From a virus (taxonomy: Duplodnaviria > Caudoviricetes): a DNA stretch of 64,000 nucleotides. How positions within the stretch are numbered: the stretch's first letter is position 1; each line of letters opens with the position of its first letter. Below the pieces are notes generated by a model that ran no database searches, was not told the origin of the DNA, and saw nothing but the letters and a program-made list of their open reading frames with translations. The stretch lies in IMG/VR virus record IMGVR_UViG_3300029305_003178, positions 128,001-192,000 of that record; one strand, 5' to 3'. The translations under genes were made by a program, and so were the position numbers. Shown one piece after another: positions 29,656-39,330 of this stretch.

Positions 29656-30654
29656 ATGGTTACATATGAGAATGTAGTTAAAACAATTCTGTTAGAGAAT
29701 GCATCTACATTTGCTGAACGTAGAGAAATTCTCGCATTAACAGAGTCTGAACAGAATGCTATCAATAACAATATGATAGCAAAGTTATATAAGTCTACAG
29801 TAGACAAAGCTTATGTAAATTTTGATACTATTCCTGAATCTAAAGGCGATATTACAAAATATATAGGTTATAAACCAATGGTAGAAGCTTTGAGTCTGCT
29901 TAAGAATATTGCTAGTACAAGTTCTGTTAAAATTAGTGAAATAGACACAATCGAAAAAGCTATTAACAATATTATTGCTAATAGAGATTCTTTCGAACGC
30001 GGTTTTAAATTAAATAAAGATTTCATTATTATGCAGTACAATGTATTAGTATGTGCTTGTGTTGAAGCAACACAGATTACAATTTCTTCTTACTTAGATT
30101 ATGTGAGAAAAGTTGATAAAATTGAATTTGTTATTATTAATAAATCTTCTAATGCTGGCGATATTGCTATCAAAAACTTAGAAAGATTTAATAACATTTG
30201 TAAAAATGGTGATTATAGTAAAATTATGAATGCTATTATTAAAGATAATAAAAATAATTTTACTGGTGCAACAGCTGCATATATCGTTGGTGGTACAGTT
30301 TTAGGTTTAATTGGTGCTGTACAGATTCTTAGAGAATTAGTATACTTATTCTATTCTTATAGAAGTAGTATTTCTGAAAGAATGATGGTTCAGGCACATT
30401 TATTAGAACTGAATAAACTTAATCTTGAAGCTAACGGTCACAATATTCCTGCAGCTAAGAAAAAAGAAATTATTCGTAAACAGGAAAAGATTATTAATAA
30501 TCTTAAAGCTAAATCAGACAAAATTAAAGTAGAAGCTAGTTTTGCTGAAAAAGAAGCAACAAAATCTTTAAAGAAAGATAGTGCTGCTTGGAAATTGGAT
30601 GATGTGAAACCATCTGTAACAACAATTGATAGTGATGGTTTAACATTATTATAA
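29656..30654 (+). CDS. Virion protein with one predicted transmembrane helix
   Basis: 332 aa; ATAAYIVGGTVLGLIGAVQIL; LTE|S motif. Confidence 0.6.
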   Translation: MVTYENVVKTILLENASTFAERREILALTESEQNAINNNMIAKLYKSTVDKAYVNFDTIPESKGDITKYIGYKPMVEALSLLKNIASTSSVKISEIDTIEKAINNIIANRDSFERGFKLNKDFIIMQYNVLVCACVEATQITISSYLDYVRKVDKIEFVIINKSSNAGDIAIKNLERFNNICKNGDYSKIMNAIIKDNKNNFTGATAAYIVGGTVLGLIGAVQILRELVYLFYSYRSSISERMMVQAHLLELNKLNLEANGHNIPAAKKKEIIRKQEKIINNLKAKSDKIKVEASFAEKEATKSLKKDSAAWKLDDVKPSVTTIDSDGLTLL

Positions 30655-30778
30655 TATTTTTCATAGAAATATGTGAAATTATATATCAATACTACGTTAA
30701 AATCCAAACATAATTGTAAAAAATAAAATATTTATTTTTTAAAAAATAAATGTAAAAAATTAGAAGGAGTGATATTTT

Positions 30779-31828
30779 ATGTCATTATTATTTGATAATT
30801 TTGATTTCATGGGCGTAAGCGAAAATTTAGATAGCGTTGAAATCCCCGTTGAAGAACATATGTCTTCCGTAGGTTTAGACGACAACCCTTACATTGTTTG
30901 TGAATTCGCTGAAAGAATGTACAAAGCTGAAGCTGCTTTCTATATGGTAGATGCTATGCTGGAACACAGAGTACTGGCTGGTGAAGATGTATCTGCACTG
31001 GTTGAAAATGCAGTTACAGACCGTATTGAAAAAGCAATCAAATGGATCAAAGAATTCGCTGGTAAAGTTCTGGCATGGTTCAAAAAACAGATCGAACAGA
31101 TTGCTATGCTGGCTTCTAGTGGTGCTACACTGCATTCCAAATATGGTTCCAAACTGAAAGAAAAAGCTAAAAAAGTAGCTAAAGATTTCGAATATGACAT
31201 TCCTGACTACAACTTCGATGAACTGCTGAGCATGGAAAAATCTCGCACATACAAAACTCAGTTAGCTGCATCTAGAGAAAGAATCAACACATTAAAAAAA
31301 TGTGTAGATAGTGCTAAAAAAGCTGACAAAGATAGCAAAGATTTAGTATCTGCTGTAAGTTCTGCAGATGAAGTTGATACAGTTAAAATCCGTGAAGAAA
31401 TCATTGATTCTGCTAAAAATGGTTCTAAACGTATTGGCGGTTCCGGTGAAATCGCTAACAAAGTTGGTGACTATCTGAAATATGTTGGTTACTACAAAGA
31501 AGCTCTGGCTAGTGTTAAAAAAGCAGAAAAAGAATTCGAAAAGAATGCTAAATCTGTAATTAAAGAAATGGAAAAACTGGAAAAAGGCATGGACAAAGAA
31601 AACAATGCTAAATATGTAAATTACTGTGTATCTATGTCTAGAAATGTTCTGACAACACAGAATGCTACATATAGTGCCCTGATCAATGTTTCCAAAGAAG
31701 CATATAGAGATGTATTCGGTGTACTGAGAAAACTGATTACATTCAAAGAACCTAAAAAAGGTACTAAAGAATCCTTCGATAATGAAGAATCCTTATTCGA
31801 AGCTGCTTACAATGCAATCGGCTTCTAA
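30779..31828 (+). CDS. Abundant inner-head protein (helical)
   Basis: 349 aa; capsid-like CTG/TTC/ATC codon bias; acidic propeptide ending LVE|N then IEKAIKWIKEF..KVLAWFKK; late motif at 30707-30718. Confidence 0.6.
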   Translation: MSLLFDNFDFMGVSENLDSVEIPVEEHMSSVGLDDNPYIVCEFAERMYKAEAAFYMVDAMLEHRVLAGEDVSALVENAVTDRIEKAIKWIKEFAGKVLAWFKKQIEQIAMLASSGATLHSKYGSKLKEKAKKVAKDFEYDIPDYNFDELLSMEKSRTYKTQLAASRERINTLKKCVDSAKKADKDSKDLVSAVSSADEVDTVKIREEIIDSAKNGSKRIGGSGEIANKVGDYLKYVGYYKEALASVKKAEKEFEKNAKSVIKEMEKLEKGMDKENNAKYVNYCVSMSRNVLTTQNATYSALINVSKEAYRDVFGVLRKLITFKEPKKGTKESFDNEESLFEAAYNAIGF

Positions 31829-31905
31829 TTCATAAAATCATTATATCTTATACCGTAATACCAATTACGGTATAAGATATTTTTTAATAAAGAGGTGATA
31901 GAAAA

Positions 31906-34128
31906 ATGATTCTCAATGAACATGTTGAATACAATGAGGGTATTAAGAAAGAAGCTACAATTAATACAGAAAACTCATTATTAGAATTTTTCAATAACCA
32001 AGATAAAGCATTATTTGAAACTATGGTATCATTAAAACGTCTTGAAAATATGCTTTTTACAGAAAGTAACTTAGAGATTATTCAGGAAGGTCTTAATGAT
32101 TATAATACATATATCAATACATTCATTATGAGTAGTAAAAAATTTATGTCTACATATAATGGCATTTTCTTTAAAAATGTTAAGACAAACTATTTCGATA
32201 AGATTGATAAAATCTTAGATGATAATAGAATGTATTTTAAAAATTATGACGATAGTATTAGAATTATCAAACATTCTTTTACATTTGGTGATATCCCAAA
32301 AACTAAACCATTAACAGATATTATAGATAGTTACAATAAAAAAGTAAATACTCTTGGTTCCATAACAGAATTAGATGTATCCGAAGAAAGAACTAAATTC
32401 TTTGCACCTAATAATATAAATGCCATTAGAGGTAGAGTATTAGGTATTAAAAAATCCATAAGTGATGAAGAATGGGTAAATGCAGTTAGAAAAGAATTTA
32501 GAGGCTTAACTAACGATACAGTCTATTTAGATGTGACAAAATCAAATATCAAAGAATTCATTGATGAGTATAGTTTATACAGAAAAATTTATAATTCTAT
32601 GTATAAAGACTATAATGATATTCTTAGTTTATTAGATAGTATCGCATTATTCTTCAATAAAGGATTTAAAACTAATTCTGTGTATCTTAAAAAAATGTCT
32701 CACTCTGGTAGTACTACAGATATCATTAAAATAGACTCTGATATTCTTGATAGAAGTGCTGTAGAATCTTATTTTGCTTTACTATTTAATGAAACTAATA
32801 AAGTATATAATATGATTGTAACAGTATTCTATGAAAAAATGATGGCATTTATTGACTGCATTAAAGATTATACAAGATGTTTACAACACTTATTACCAAA
32901 TGAAGTTAATGAAAGTATGGATTTTGAAGAAAGCAATTACGAAAACATCGTATTATTCGAATATATTCAGTTAAATAGAGATTACTATAATACAGTACTT
33001 GAGCAAATCAATAATGAAAGTGAATTACTTAAATACTGTTATGAAAATGCTTTAATCGATGAAGAGAGATTTGCTGTAGTTACAGAGGGTCTTAAAGATA
33101 CATTAAATAATTTTATTGAAAAAATTATTGAGATTATCGATAAGATTAAGGTTAAATATTCATCAACAAGTGAAAACTTAATTAAGTCTAATGAAAAATG
33201 GTTAAATTCCAATAAAGAAAAATTGCAGAAATTTAACTATGATAATATTTCTGCTATTCATATCATACCATACTGGGATGTACCAACAAACGATATTCTT
33301 AATACACTTAAACGATTTGAAAATGAATTAAGTAATCCTCCAAAGGGTCCAGAATTAGAAAAAATAATAGTTGATGAAATGGTAAATAATCCTCCATATA
33401 AAGAATTTACTGACATGGGAGCAGATTTTAAAACTGGTCTTAGAAATAAATTCACAATGAATTCAAAAATTATTAAATCTGAAACTCTCACTGGAGCTGC
33501 AATTAAAGATAGAATAATAAAAGAAATAATTCCATTTATTGAAAATTATGGAAATGTGGTTAATCCGATGAAAACAAGATTAACATCATTGCAAACACTT
33601 ATTAGAAATATGAATAGACGTCTTCCTAATGTCAATAAAGTTGAAGAATCATATTCTATTCTTGAAGAAACTATGTTTATTAATAGTAGTTTAAGACATT
33701 GCTTAAACTTTGAATATGTGTTTGAAGCAGAAGAACCTGCTAAAAAAACAGATCAATCTTCAGAAGAAGTTAATAAAGAAAAAGAAGTAAGGGTTGAAGC
33801 TAAACCCAATAATGATAAAAATGGTGAAGAGGGTTCATCTGCACCTAAAACAGATGCCCAACAAGAGTTAGCTTGGTTAAAAGAAACAGCCAGACTTAAT
33901 CAACTCGCAGTAACTACAGCAATGTCTGTATTAGAGGAAAGATATAGAAAATATGTAAAAGTATGTAAAGATATTATTACTGCAGGCAATGCTGGTTCTG
34001 GTGAAACAACTACAGATAAAGCCAAAGATACTGCTAAAAATGTTAAAGATAAAGCAACTGGAACAGGTAAAAAAATTGTTGATAAAGTTAAAAATATAGG
34101 TAAAAAGAAAGAAACTGAATCTAATTAA
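31906..34128 (+). CDS. Inner-head protein, probably two tandem helical units related to the upstream protein
   Basis: 740 aa; IQE|GL and VTE|GLKDTLNNFIEKIIEII unit starts. Confidence 0.5.
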   Translation: MILNEHVEYNEGIKKEATINTENSLLEFFNNQDKALFETMVSLKRLENMLFTESNLEIIQEGLNDYNTYINTFIMSSKKFMSTYNGIFFKNVKTNYFDKIDKILDDNRMYFKNYDDSIRIIKHSFTFGDIPKTKPLTDIIDSYNKKVNTLGSITELDVSEERTKFFAPNNINAIRGRVLGIKKSISDEEWVNAVRKEFRGLTNDTVYLDVTKSNIKEFIDEYSLYRKIYNSMYKDYNDILSLLDSIALFFNKGFKTNSVYLKKMSHSGSTTDIIKIDSDILDRSAVESYFALLFNETNKVYNMIVTVFYEKMMAFIDCIKDYTRCLQHLLPNEVNESMDFEESNYENIVLFEYIQLNRDYYNTVLEQINNESELLKYCYENALIDEERFAVVTEGLKDTLNNFIEKIIEIIDKIKVKYSSTSENLIKSNEKWLNSNKEKLQKFNYDNISAIHIIPYWDVPTNDILNTLKRFENELSNPPKGPELEKIIVDEMVNNPPYKEFTDMGADFKTGLRNKFTMNSKIIKSETLTGAAIKDRIIKEIIPFIENYGNVVNPMKTRLTSLQTLIRNMNRRLPNVNKVEESYSILEETMFINSSLRHCLNFEYVFEAEEPAKKTDQSSEEVNKEKEVRVEAKPNNDKNGEEGSSAPKTDAQQELAWLKETARLNQLAVTTAMSVLEERYRKYVKVCKDIITAGNAGSGETTTDKAKDTAKNVKDKATGTGKKIVDKVKNIGKKKETESN

Positions 34129-34170
34129 ATAATAATGACGAATATACTTTAATAGTATATTCGTCATATT

Positions 34171-35436
34171 TTATTCACTCTTTACAAAAGTTGCACCACC
34201 ATTTACATTAAATACTTCACCAATTCGTTTAAATGTAAATGCCATGTGTGATAATCTATAATATCCACCTCTAATACCATTAATTTTAGAATTTTCAAAT
34301 AATAAAATAAATTTTTTATTTGGTGTTAGACATGTAATATCAACATCACTTAGACCTACATTAATGATAAAACTTTCTTCTATCTTTCTATGTTTCGCTG
34401 CTTCTGATGTAAATCTATTACTATAATCATCCAATACAACTCGTTCGGTACCAGAACCTAATTGATTAACATTAGGATTAATACTGTTAACACTATTCTT
34501 CTTAGTATCTATTACTAAAAGTTTATTACCAATAGTTTGATCATTGATTGTTGACAATGTATTCATTCTAATATTATTTTCGGATACTTGTATAGTATAA
34601 TTTTTTTCTTCATCATTTTTATAACTACCAGATGAGATAGAATTAGAATTAATAGTATCAAAAATATTAATTTTAACTGATGTATATTCCATCGTCTGAT
34701 ATGCTGTAGCTTCCGCTCTTTTATCTATTAAAAAAGTTTTATCAAAATCAAAAAATAATAAACTACCATAGTTATAAAAACCATATTGCTCTTCCAAATA
34801 TTTAATATTTTGAATAAGTGGAACTGGATAAATTATGACTTCTTTATAAGTAGATTTATTATTAAATGGTGTCATTAATACCTTAGATGCACCAGAACTA
34901 GCTAAGCAATAAGTTACAATATTTTGCATATTATCACTAGTCACAACATCATTAATAATCTTTTTAGATATATTAAGATCTTTCTCTTTAAAGAAGTACA
35001 TTTCATATACCCTAGAATAAAATTCCATATCATTTTCATTACCAACAGTTTCTACTGTCTGTTTATGGAGTTCTTCACTAATATCTTCAGTTTCATCATT
35101 AGTAATGAGACAGAATAAATCATTAAATAACATAATAGGTGTAGAAGTTTCACCTGTGATTGGATCAAATACTTCTACGTCTATTCTTATTCTAAATTTA
35201 GCAGTATTTTTATTTTTAATTATTTTAAAATATTTTGTAGGAGTTAATCTTAATCCGAAATATAAAATAGGAAAATAATCTGTATCAAATGCTTTCTCTA
35301 TAGCAAATCCTTCGATTTCAGCAGTTGGAATTTGTATTGGATCTTCTTCTGGAATAAGTAAATCCATAGTAACCACTCTATATCTATATATAGTGGATTC
35401 AGTTGACAATAAATTTGCCATATTACCACCTCTCAA
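34171..35436 (-). CDS. Late tail/baseplate hub-like protein
   Basis: About 416 aa from ATG 35421 (GAGGTGG RBS); hub-like C-terminus LTPNKKF...GYYRLSH; late motif at 35445-35456. Confidence 0.5.
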   Translation of the reverse strand: MRGGNMANLLSTESTIYRYRVVTMDLLIPEEDPIQIPTAEIEGFAIEKAFDTDYFPILYFGLRLTPTKYFKIIKNKNTAKFRIRIDVEVFDPITGETSTPIMLFNDLFCLITNDETEDISEELHKQTVETVGNENDMEFYSRVYEMYFFKEKDLNISKKIINDVVTSDNMQNIVTYCLASSGASKVLMTPFNNKSTYKEVIIYPVPLIQNIKYLEEQYGFYNYGSLLFFDFDKTFLIDKRAEATAYQTMEYTSVKINIFDTINSNSISSGSYKNDEEKNYTIQVSENNIRMNTLSTINDQTIGNKLLVIDTKKNSVNSINPNVNQLGSGTERVVLDDYSNRFTSEAAKHRKIEESFIINVGLSDVDITCLTPNKKFILLFENSKINGIRGGYYRLSHMAFTFKRIGEVFNVNGGATFVKSE

Positions 35437-35486
35437 TCTAATATTAATTATCTGTTTAAAACGTCAATATTTACCATATTTTAAAA

Positions 35487-35521
35487 ATCCGTATTTTAGA
35501 GTTATTTAAGTATATATTATT
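35487..35521 (+). promoter_or_regulatory. Putative early promoter
   Basis: ATCCGTATTTT-N13-TATATATTATT, same spacing as the 1956 and 9962 copies. Confidence 0.7.
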
Positions 35522-35565
35522 ATCGTGATAATATAAAATAATAACCATTTTAAGGAGGATTTATT

Positions 35566-35718
35566 ATGGAAAACATTTTTGACACACTGCCCACATTGGA
35601 TACACTGAACATCTCTAACGCAATGACTCCTAGTGAGGATGTTGCATTTGGAATTATCGGCGCTGGTGCCCTGATTGCTGGAGCAATTGTTACAGCTTCC
35701 ATCATCGCTGGTAAATAA
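35566..35718 (+). CDS. 50-aa single-pass membrane peptide missed by the ORF track
   Basis: AAGGAGGA RBS; MENIFDTLPTLDTLNISNAMTPSEDVAFGIIGAGALIAGAIVTASIIAGK; has its own promoter and terminator. Confidence 0.8.
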   Translation: MENIFDTLPTLDTLNISNAMTPSEDVAFGIIGAGALIAGAIVTASIIAGK

Positions 35719-35801
35719 TTTAAAGAAAGAATCCCTCCCCCTCTGTAGGGATTCTTTTTTTTCATAAAAAAAAATGAGTATGGTAAAAACCATACTCATT
35801 A

Positions 35802-36875
35802 TTAGAATTCTATTTTTTTCTTTTCTTTGATTGGAAGAGATGTTATCTCTACCAAGTATAAAGGATATTTTATGAAATATGTATCATTTAATATTTTAAG
35901 AGATTCATTATCAAACTTATCGACTATTTGACTATTAATATAAAATAAATCTTTTTCATTGAGTTGATTATATTGGTAATCTACACTACAACAAGAATAA
36001 TTAGATTTAATAAATAGCTGATACTTTGGATCTATTATATCTACATACATTGATATACTCTTTGTATTTTCAGTTATCATATTTTCTTCAATAGCTTTAG
36101 TTAATAATTTTAATGTCTTTGCAATACCTACACCTTTAATATTTTCTATGTTCCGATTTTGATCCCCGACCATCGATAATATAAATGGTAATGCATGATG
36201 ACTAACATTAACATCAGATTTTATATTATTTGCATCTATGATATGAGTCATAATATTATCCTTTGTTAATATTTTAGAATTATCTCCTTTTGGATATATG
36301 ATATTTGTATTTTTAGACACATATTGAAAATCATAAAACATCGTTGTTACTATGTAATTTTGTTTATTGGAATTACTCATTATTATTTTTGGTATAACAG
36401 AAGATTCTATCTCTCCTGCTTGAATTATATGAACTCCTTCTATATATTCAAATATAATCTTTAAGAATTTCATAGATTCATTAATAACATATTCCAATGC
36501 GTGCTTATTTGTGTTTAATGCTATTTTATAGTCATACACACTTCTATAATTTTTTATAATACTTTTATTTTTATATTCGGATTTAAAAGGATACTGTAAG
36601 TACAGGTATATATTAGATTTAACACCATTTTTTGTAAAATATAATCTGTAGTGTGCGGCAATGTTTACCACATTAGAAATAAATCTGAATATACTATCAG
36701 AACTATCAACGCTTAACTCATTGACTGATTTCTCATTAGTCATTCTTAAAATAATATTTTCAAGATTAATAAAAACATTAACGTCGTCCTTTAATGTAAT
36801 ATCATTTACTGAAAATAGTGTATCTAAGATAGTATACTTAACTTTATTCATATTGAAATAGATATCCATTATCAA
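35802..36875 (-). CDS. 5'-3' exonuclease / flap endonuclease (T4 RNase H-like)
   Basis: Helix-3-turn-helix signature LSMVGDQNRNIENIKGVGIAKTLKLL; acidic active-site residues look divergent. Confidence 0.55.
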   Translation of the reverse strand: MIMDIYFNMNKVKYTILDTLFSVNDITLKDDVNVFINLENIILRMTNEKSVNELSVDSSDSIFRFISNVVNIAAHYRLYFTKNGVKSNIYLYLQYPFKSEYKNKSIIKNYRSVYDYKIALNTNKHALEYVINESMKFLKIIFEYIEGVHIIQAGEIESSVIPKIIMSNSNKQNYIVTTMFYDFQYVSKNTNIIYPKGDNSKILTKDNIMTHIIDANNIKSDVNVSHHALPFILSMVGDQNRNIENIKGVGIAKTLKLLTKAIEENMITENTKSISMYVDIIDPKYQLFIKSNYSCCSVDYQYNQLNEKDLFYINSQIVDKFDNESLKILNDTYFIKYPLYLVEITSLPIKEKKKIEF

Positions 36876-37253
36876 TCACGCCCTAAATTCTATATCGATG
36901 ATATATTTATATTCATCATCGTCTTCATCATTATCCTCAATGGGTGTAAACAAAGATTTTCTTCGTTTTACTGCTTCTTCCAATTCATCTAAAGAACCAA
37001 AGTCATTTTGTAAGAGAATATCAACCATATTATCGACTTCTTCATTACTTAATGAAATACCTTTACCCATTCGTTTGTTACCCAAGTTACATTTTCTAAT
37101 ATCTACAGTTGATGGATTATCATACCAAGATACTCTTAGTAATGCGGTAATCCAATCGTGTTTATCACTCTCTTTTAATGTCCCATAGATGTGATCAATA
37201 TTATAAACGATCTCACCAGGTTCATATTTACCTTTTTTAGCCATACTTATCAC
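36876..37253 (-). CDS. PC4/YdbC-family ssDNA-binding protein
   Basis: GTLKES..WITALLRVSWYDNPSTVDIR...RMGKGISLSNEE; acidic tail. Confidence 0.8.
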   Translation of the reverse strand: MISMAKKGKYEPGEIVYNIDHIYGTLKESDKHDWITALLRVSWYDNPSTVDIRKCNLGNKRMGKGISLSNEEVDNMVDILLQNDFGSLDELEEAVKRRKSLFTPIEDNDEDDDEYKYIIDIEFRA

Positions 37254-37261
37254 CCTATTAT

Positions 37262-37624
37262 TTAAACTTTATAAATATCATCCTCATTAAGATTATTATT
37301 ATAAACTGTTTTTATGAATGCTTCATAATTTGGTTCATATGTGGATGGTGTCCATTTATAGAATTTGTAACCATCAACATATGTATTTTCAGAATGATAT
37401 AATGATCCTTCAGATAATTTTTTAGTAAGTTGATCATATATTAAACCAAATGATGTATTTGTTATTAGTCCAATACGTATTGCAACTTCTCGCAAACTTT
37501 GGTTCAAATCATCATTAATATGCATCAGAATCATTACATCGGATACAGGATCTTCTCTTAATTTTCTTTTACTAAGTTTTCTTACATAACTTGTTATGTC
37601 AGATTGTCTGTATAAATGTATCAA
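37262..37624 (-). CDS. Hypothetical protein
   Basis: 120 aa; AGGTGGTG RBS. Confidence 0.65.
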   Translation of the reverse strand: MIHLYRQSDITSYVRKLSKRKLREDPVSDVMILMHINDDLNQSLREVAIRIGLITNTSFGLIYDQLTKKLSEGSLYHSENTYVDGYKFYKWTPSTYEPNYEAFIKTVYNNNLNEDDIYKV

Positions 37625-37737
37625 GTGAATTCACCACCTAATAAAAAAAATTTAATAATATGGATGATGAGAAATACATTCTCATCATCCATACTACCCT
37701 AGTATTTATTGTGTATCGAGGGGAATTTTATAAATAA

Positions 37738-38349
37738 TTATCTACGGCTACTGATTTCATATGCCATAGATTCAAATTTATCTCTACCGGGTGTTGTATT
37801 AGTGTTATATTCTCTATATGCTTTAGCAGCTCTTACTGTACCATTGCTCTTACCAAATCTTCTAGCAGAGATTACATATACAGCATGTTCTGCAGGAATT
37901 ACACCCAGCATCAGAGCAATTACTCTCAGTGGATCAAGTGTGATGTAGTATGCATTTTTATATTTAACCATTTTAATTTCATCTCTATCATCATTTTTAT
38001 CTCTTTTAGAGATGCACATAGGTGCCAGAATTTCTTTAAATTCATTGGAAATTACTGTAGGCATATCCAGTTTGTTTTTCAGTACAGGCAGGATATTATT
38101 TGCTACAGATGTAGAGATCATATTAGAATTAGGATCCATAAATACATAAATCTGAATATCGATATTTGTGGAACCTTCTCTAATAATCTGTGCTACTACT
38201 CTAGAAACGCCATCTACATTTCTAGATTTCAGATATTTTTCTACATAGTCTTCGATTTCATTCAGTGTAAAATCAAAGAACAGACCACTGGGTTCTTTTT
38301 CAACAGTGGTTCTCATAAGTTTTGCAGTGTTTGTTGTAACTTCTTTCAT
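37738..38349 (-). CDS. Hypothetical protein
   Basis: 203 aa; AGGAGG RBS; preceded by both an early motif (38480-38489) and a late motif (38381-38392). Confidence 0.75.
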   Translation of the reverse strand: MKEVTTNTAKLMRTTVEKEPSGLFFDFTLNEIEDYVEKYLKSRNVDGVSRVVAQIIREGSTNIDIQIYVFMDPNSNMISTSVANNILPVLKNKLDMPTVISNEFKEILAPMCISKRDKNDDRDEIKMVKYKNAYYITLDPLRVIALMLGVIPAEHAVYVISARRFGKSNGTVRAAKAYREYNTNTTPGRDKFESMAYEISSRR

Positions 38350-38510
38350 GCTAAAAACCTCCTAAAATAAATTAAATTTTTATAATTTTGTTTAACGCCT
38401 CATAATATACTACAACAAGTATATCATTTATAAAATAGTTTTATTATATATGAAATATAATTCAACCACTTTCGCATATATAATATATATTTATAATTCA
38501 AATTGAATTA

Positions 38511-39260
38511 TTACATACTTTTTGTTTCATATGCTGAATCTATTCTACTCATAAGATTCATAACATTACTAGACCACCCAGCACTATTTGGTGGGCAATA
38601 TATTGTAGATATTTCATTAACTGTTGTTAAACCATTATCAATATACTTATTAAACATTATTTCTCCAAAATGGTTTACACAATCAGATTTAGTGTCATAC
38701 GAATATGCATTCTCATATGCAGTTAATGTAGATGTTGGATAGGCGTGTAATCCACCTATATTATTCTTATTAGTAGATAATCCTGACTTACCATATCCAG
38801 ATTCAAGACAGAATACTGCTAACTGGAATGATGGTTTAATTCCATGTTTATGGTAATTGTTAAGAATTGCTTTGGATATACCAGATAATTCCGGAGAAAT
38901 CTCAGAAATAACTTCTTCGAAAATCATATGATCTATGTACTCAGTACCTATAATACTATTGTGTGGAAATGACATACTAGCAGCTTCGATAGGTTCTTCA
39001 TCAGGCTTATCAACAGGTTCTGGTTCTGTTTCTATATCATCAAAAGGCTCTTCAGCCTCATCATCTTCCTCTTCATAAATATCTATTCCTAAAACAGCTT
39101 TAGTGTTATTATAAATATATTCATCATAATTATAATCCAATATACCAACTACTGGTTCAGTTTTTTCACAGCTAGCTAGTCCAAATCCAATAATAGTAAG
39201 TATTAAAATAATAATAAATCTTGCTACCGCTTTAATAATTGTGTTATTCATAGTAATCAT
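38511..39260 (-). CDS. Membrane/lipid-anchored glucosaminidase (GH73-like peptidoglycan hydrolase)
   Basis: Signal peptide with lipobox LASC; acidic linker; LESGYGKS...KNNIGGL and YCPP...W motifs. Confidence 0.75.
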   Translation of the reverse strand: MITMNNTIIKAVARFIIILILTIIGFGLASCEKTEPVVGILDYNYDEYIYNNTKAVLGIDIYEEEDDEAEEPFDDIETEPEPVDKPDEEPIEAASMSFPHNSIIGTEYIDHMIFEEVISEISPELSGISKAILNNYHKHGIKPSFQLAVFCLESGYGKSGLSTNKNNIGGLHAYPTSTLTAYENAYSYDTKSDCVNHFGEIMFNKYIDNGLTTVNEISTIYCPPNSAGWSSNVMNLMSRIDSAYETKSM

Positions 39261-39330
39261 CCTTTCACATTAAAATACTTTAAAATTACGGATTAGCTCT
39301 CGATTGAACTAATCCGCATTGTAATAAGTA

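Noticed and set aside
35506-35799. Two minus-strand ORFs (97 and 71 aa) in the ORF track
   Set aside because: Shadows of the RBS- and promoter-supported plus-strand 50-aa gene at 35566-35718.
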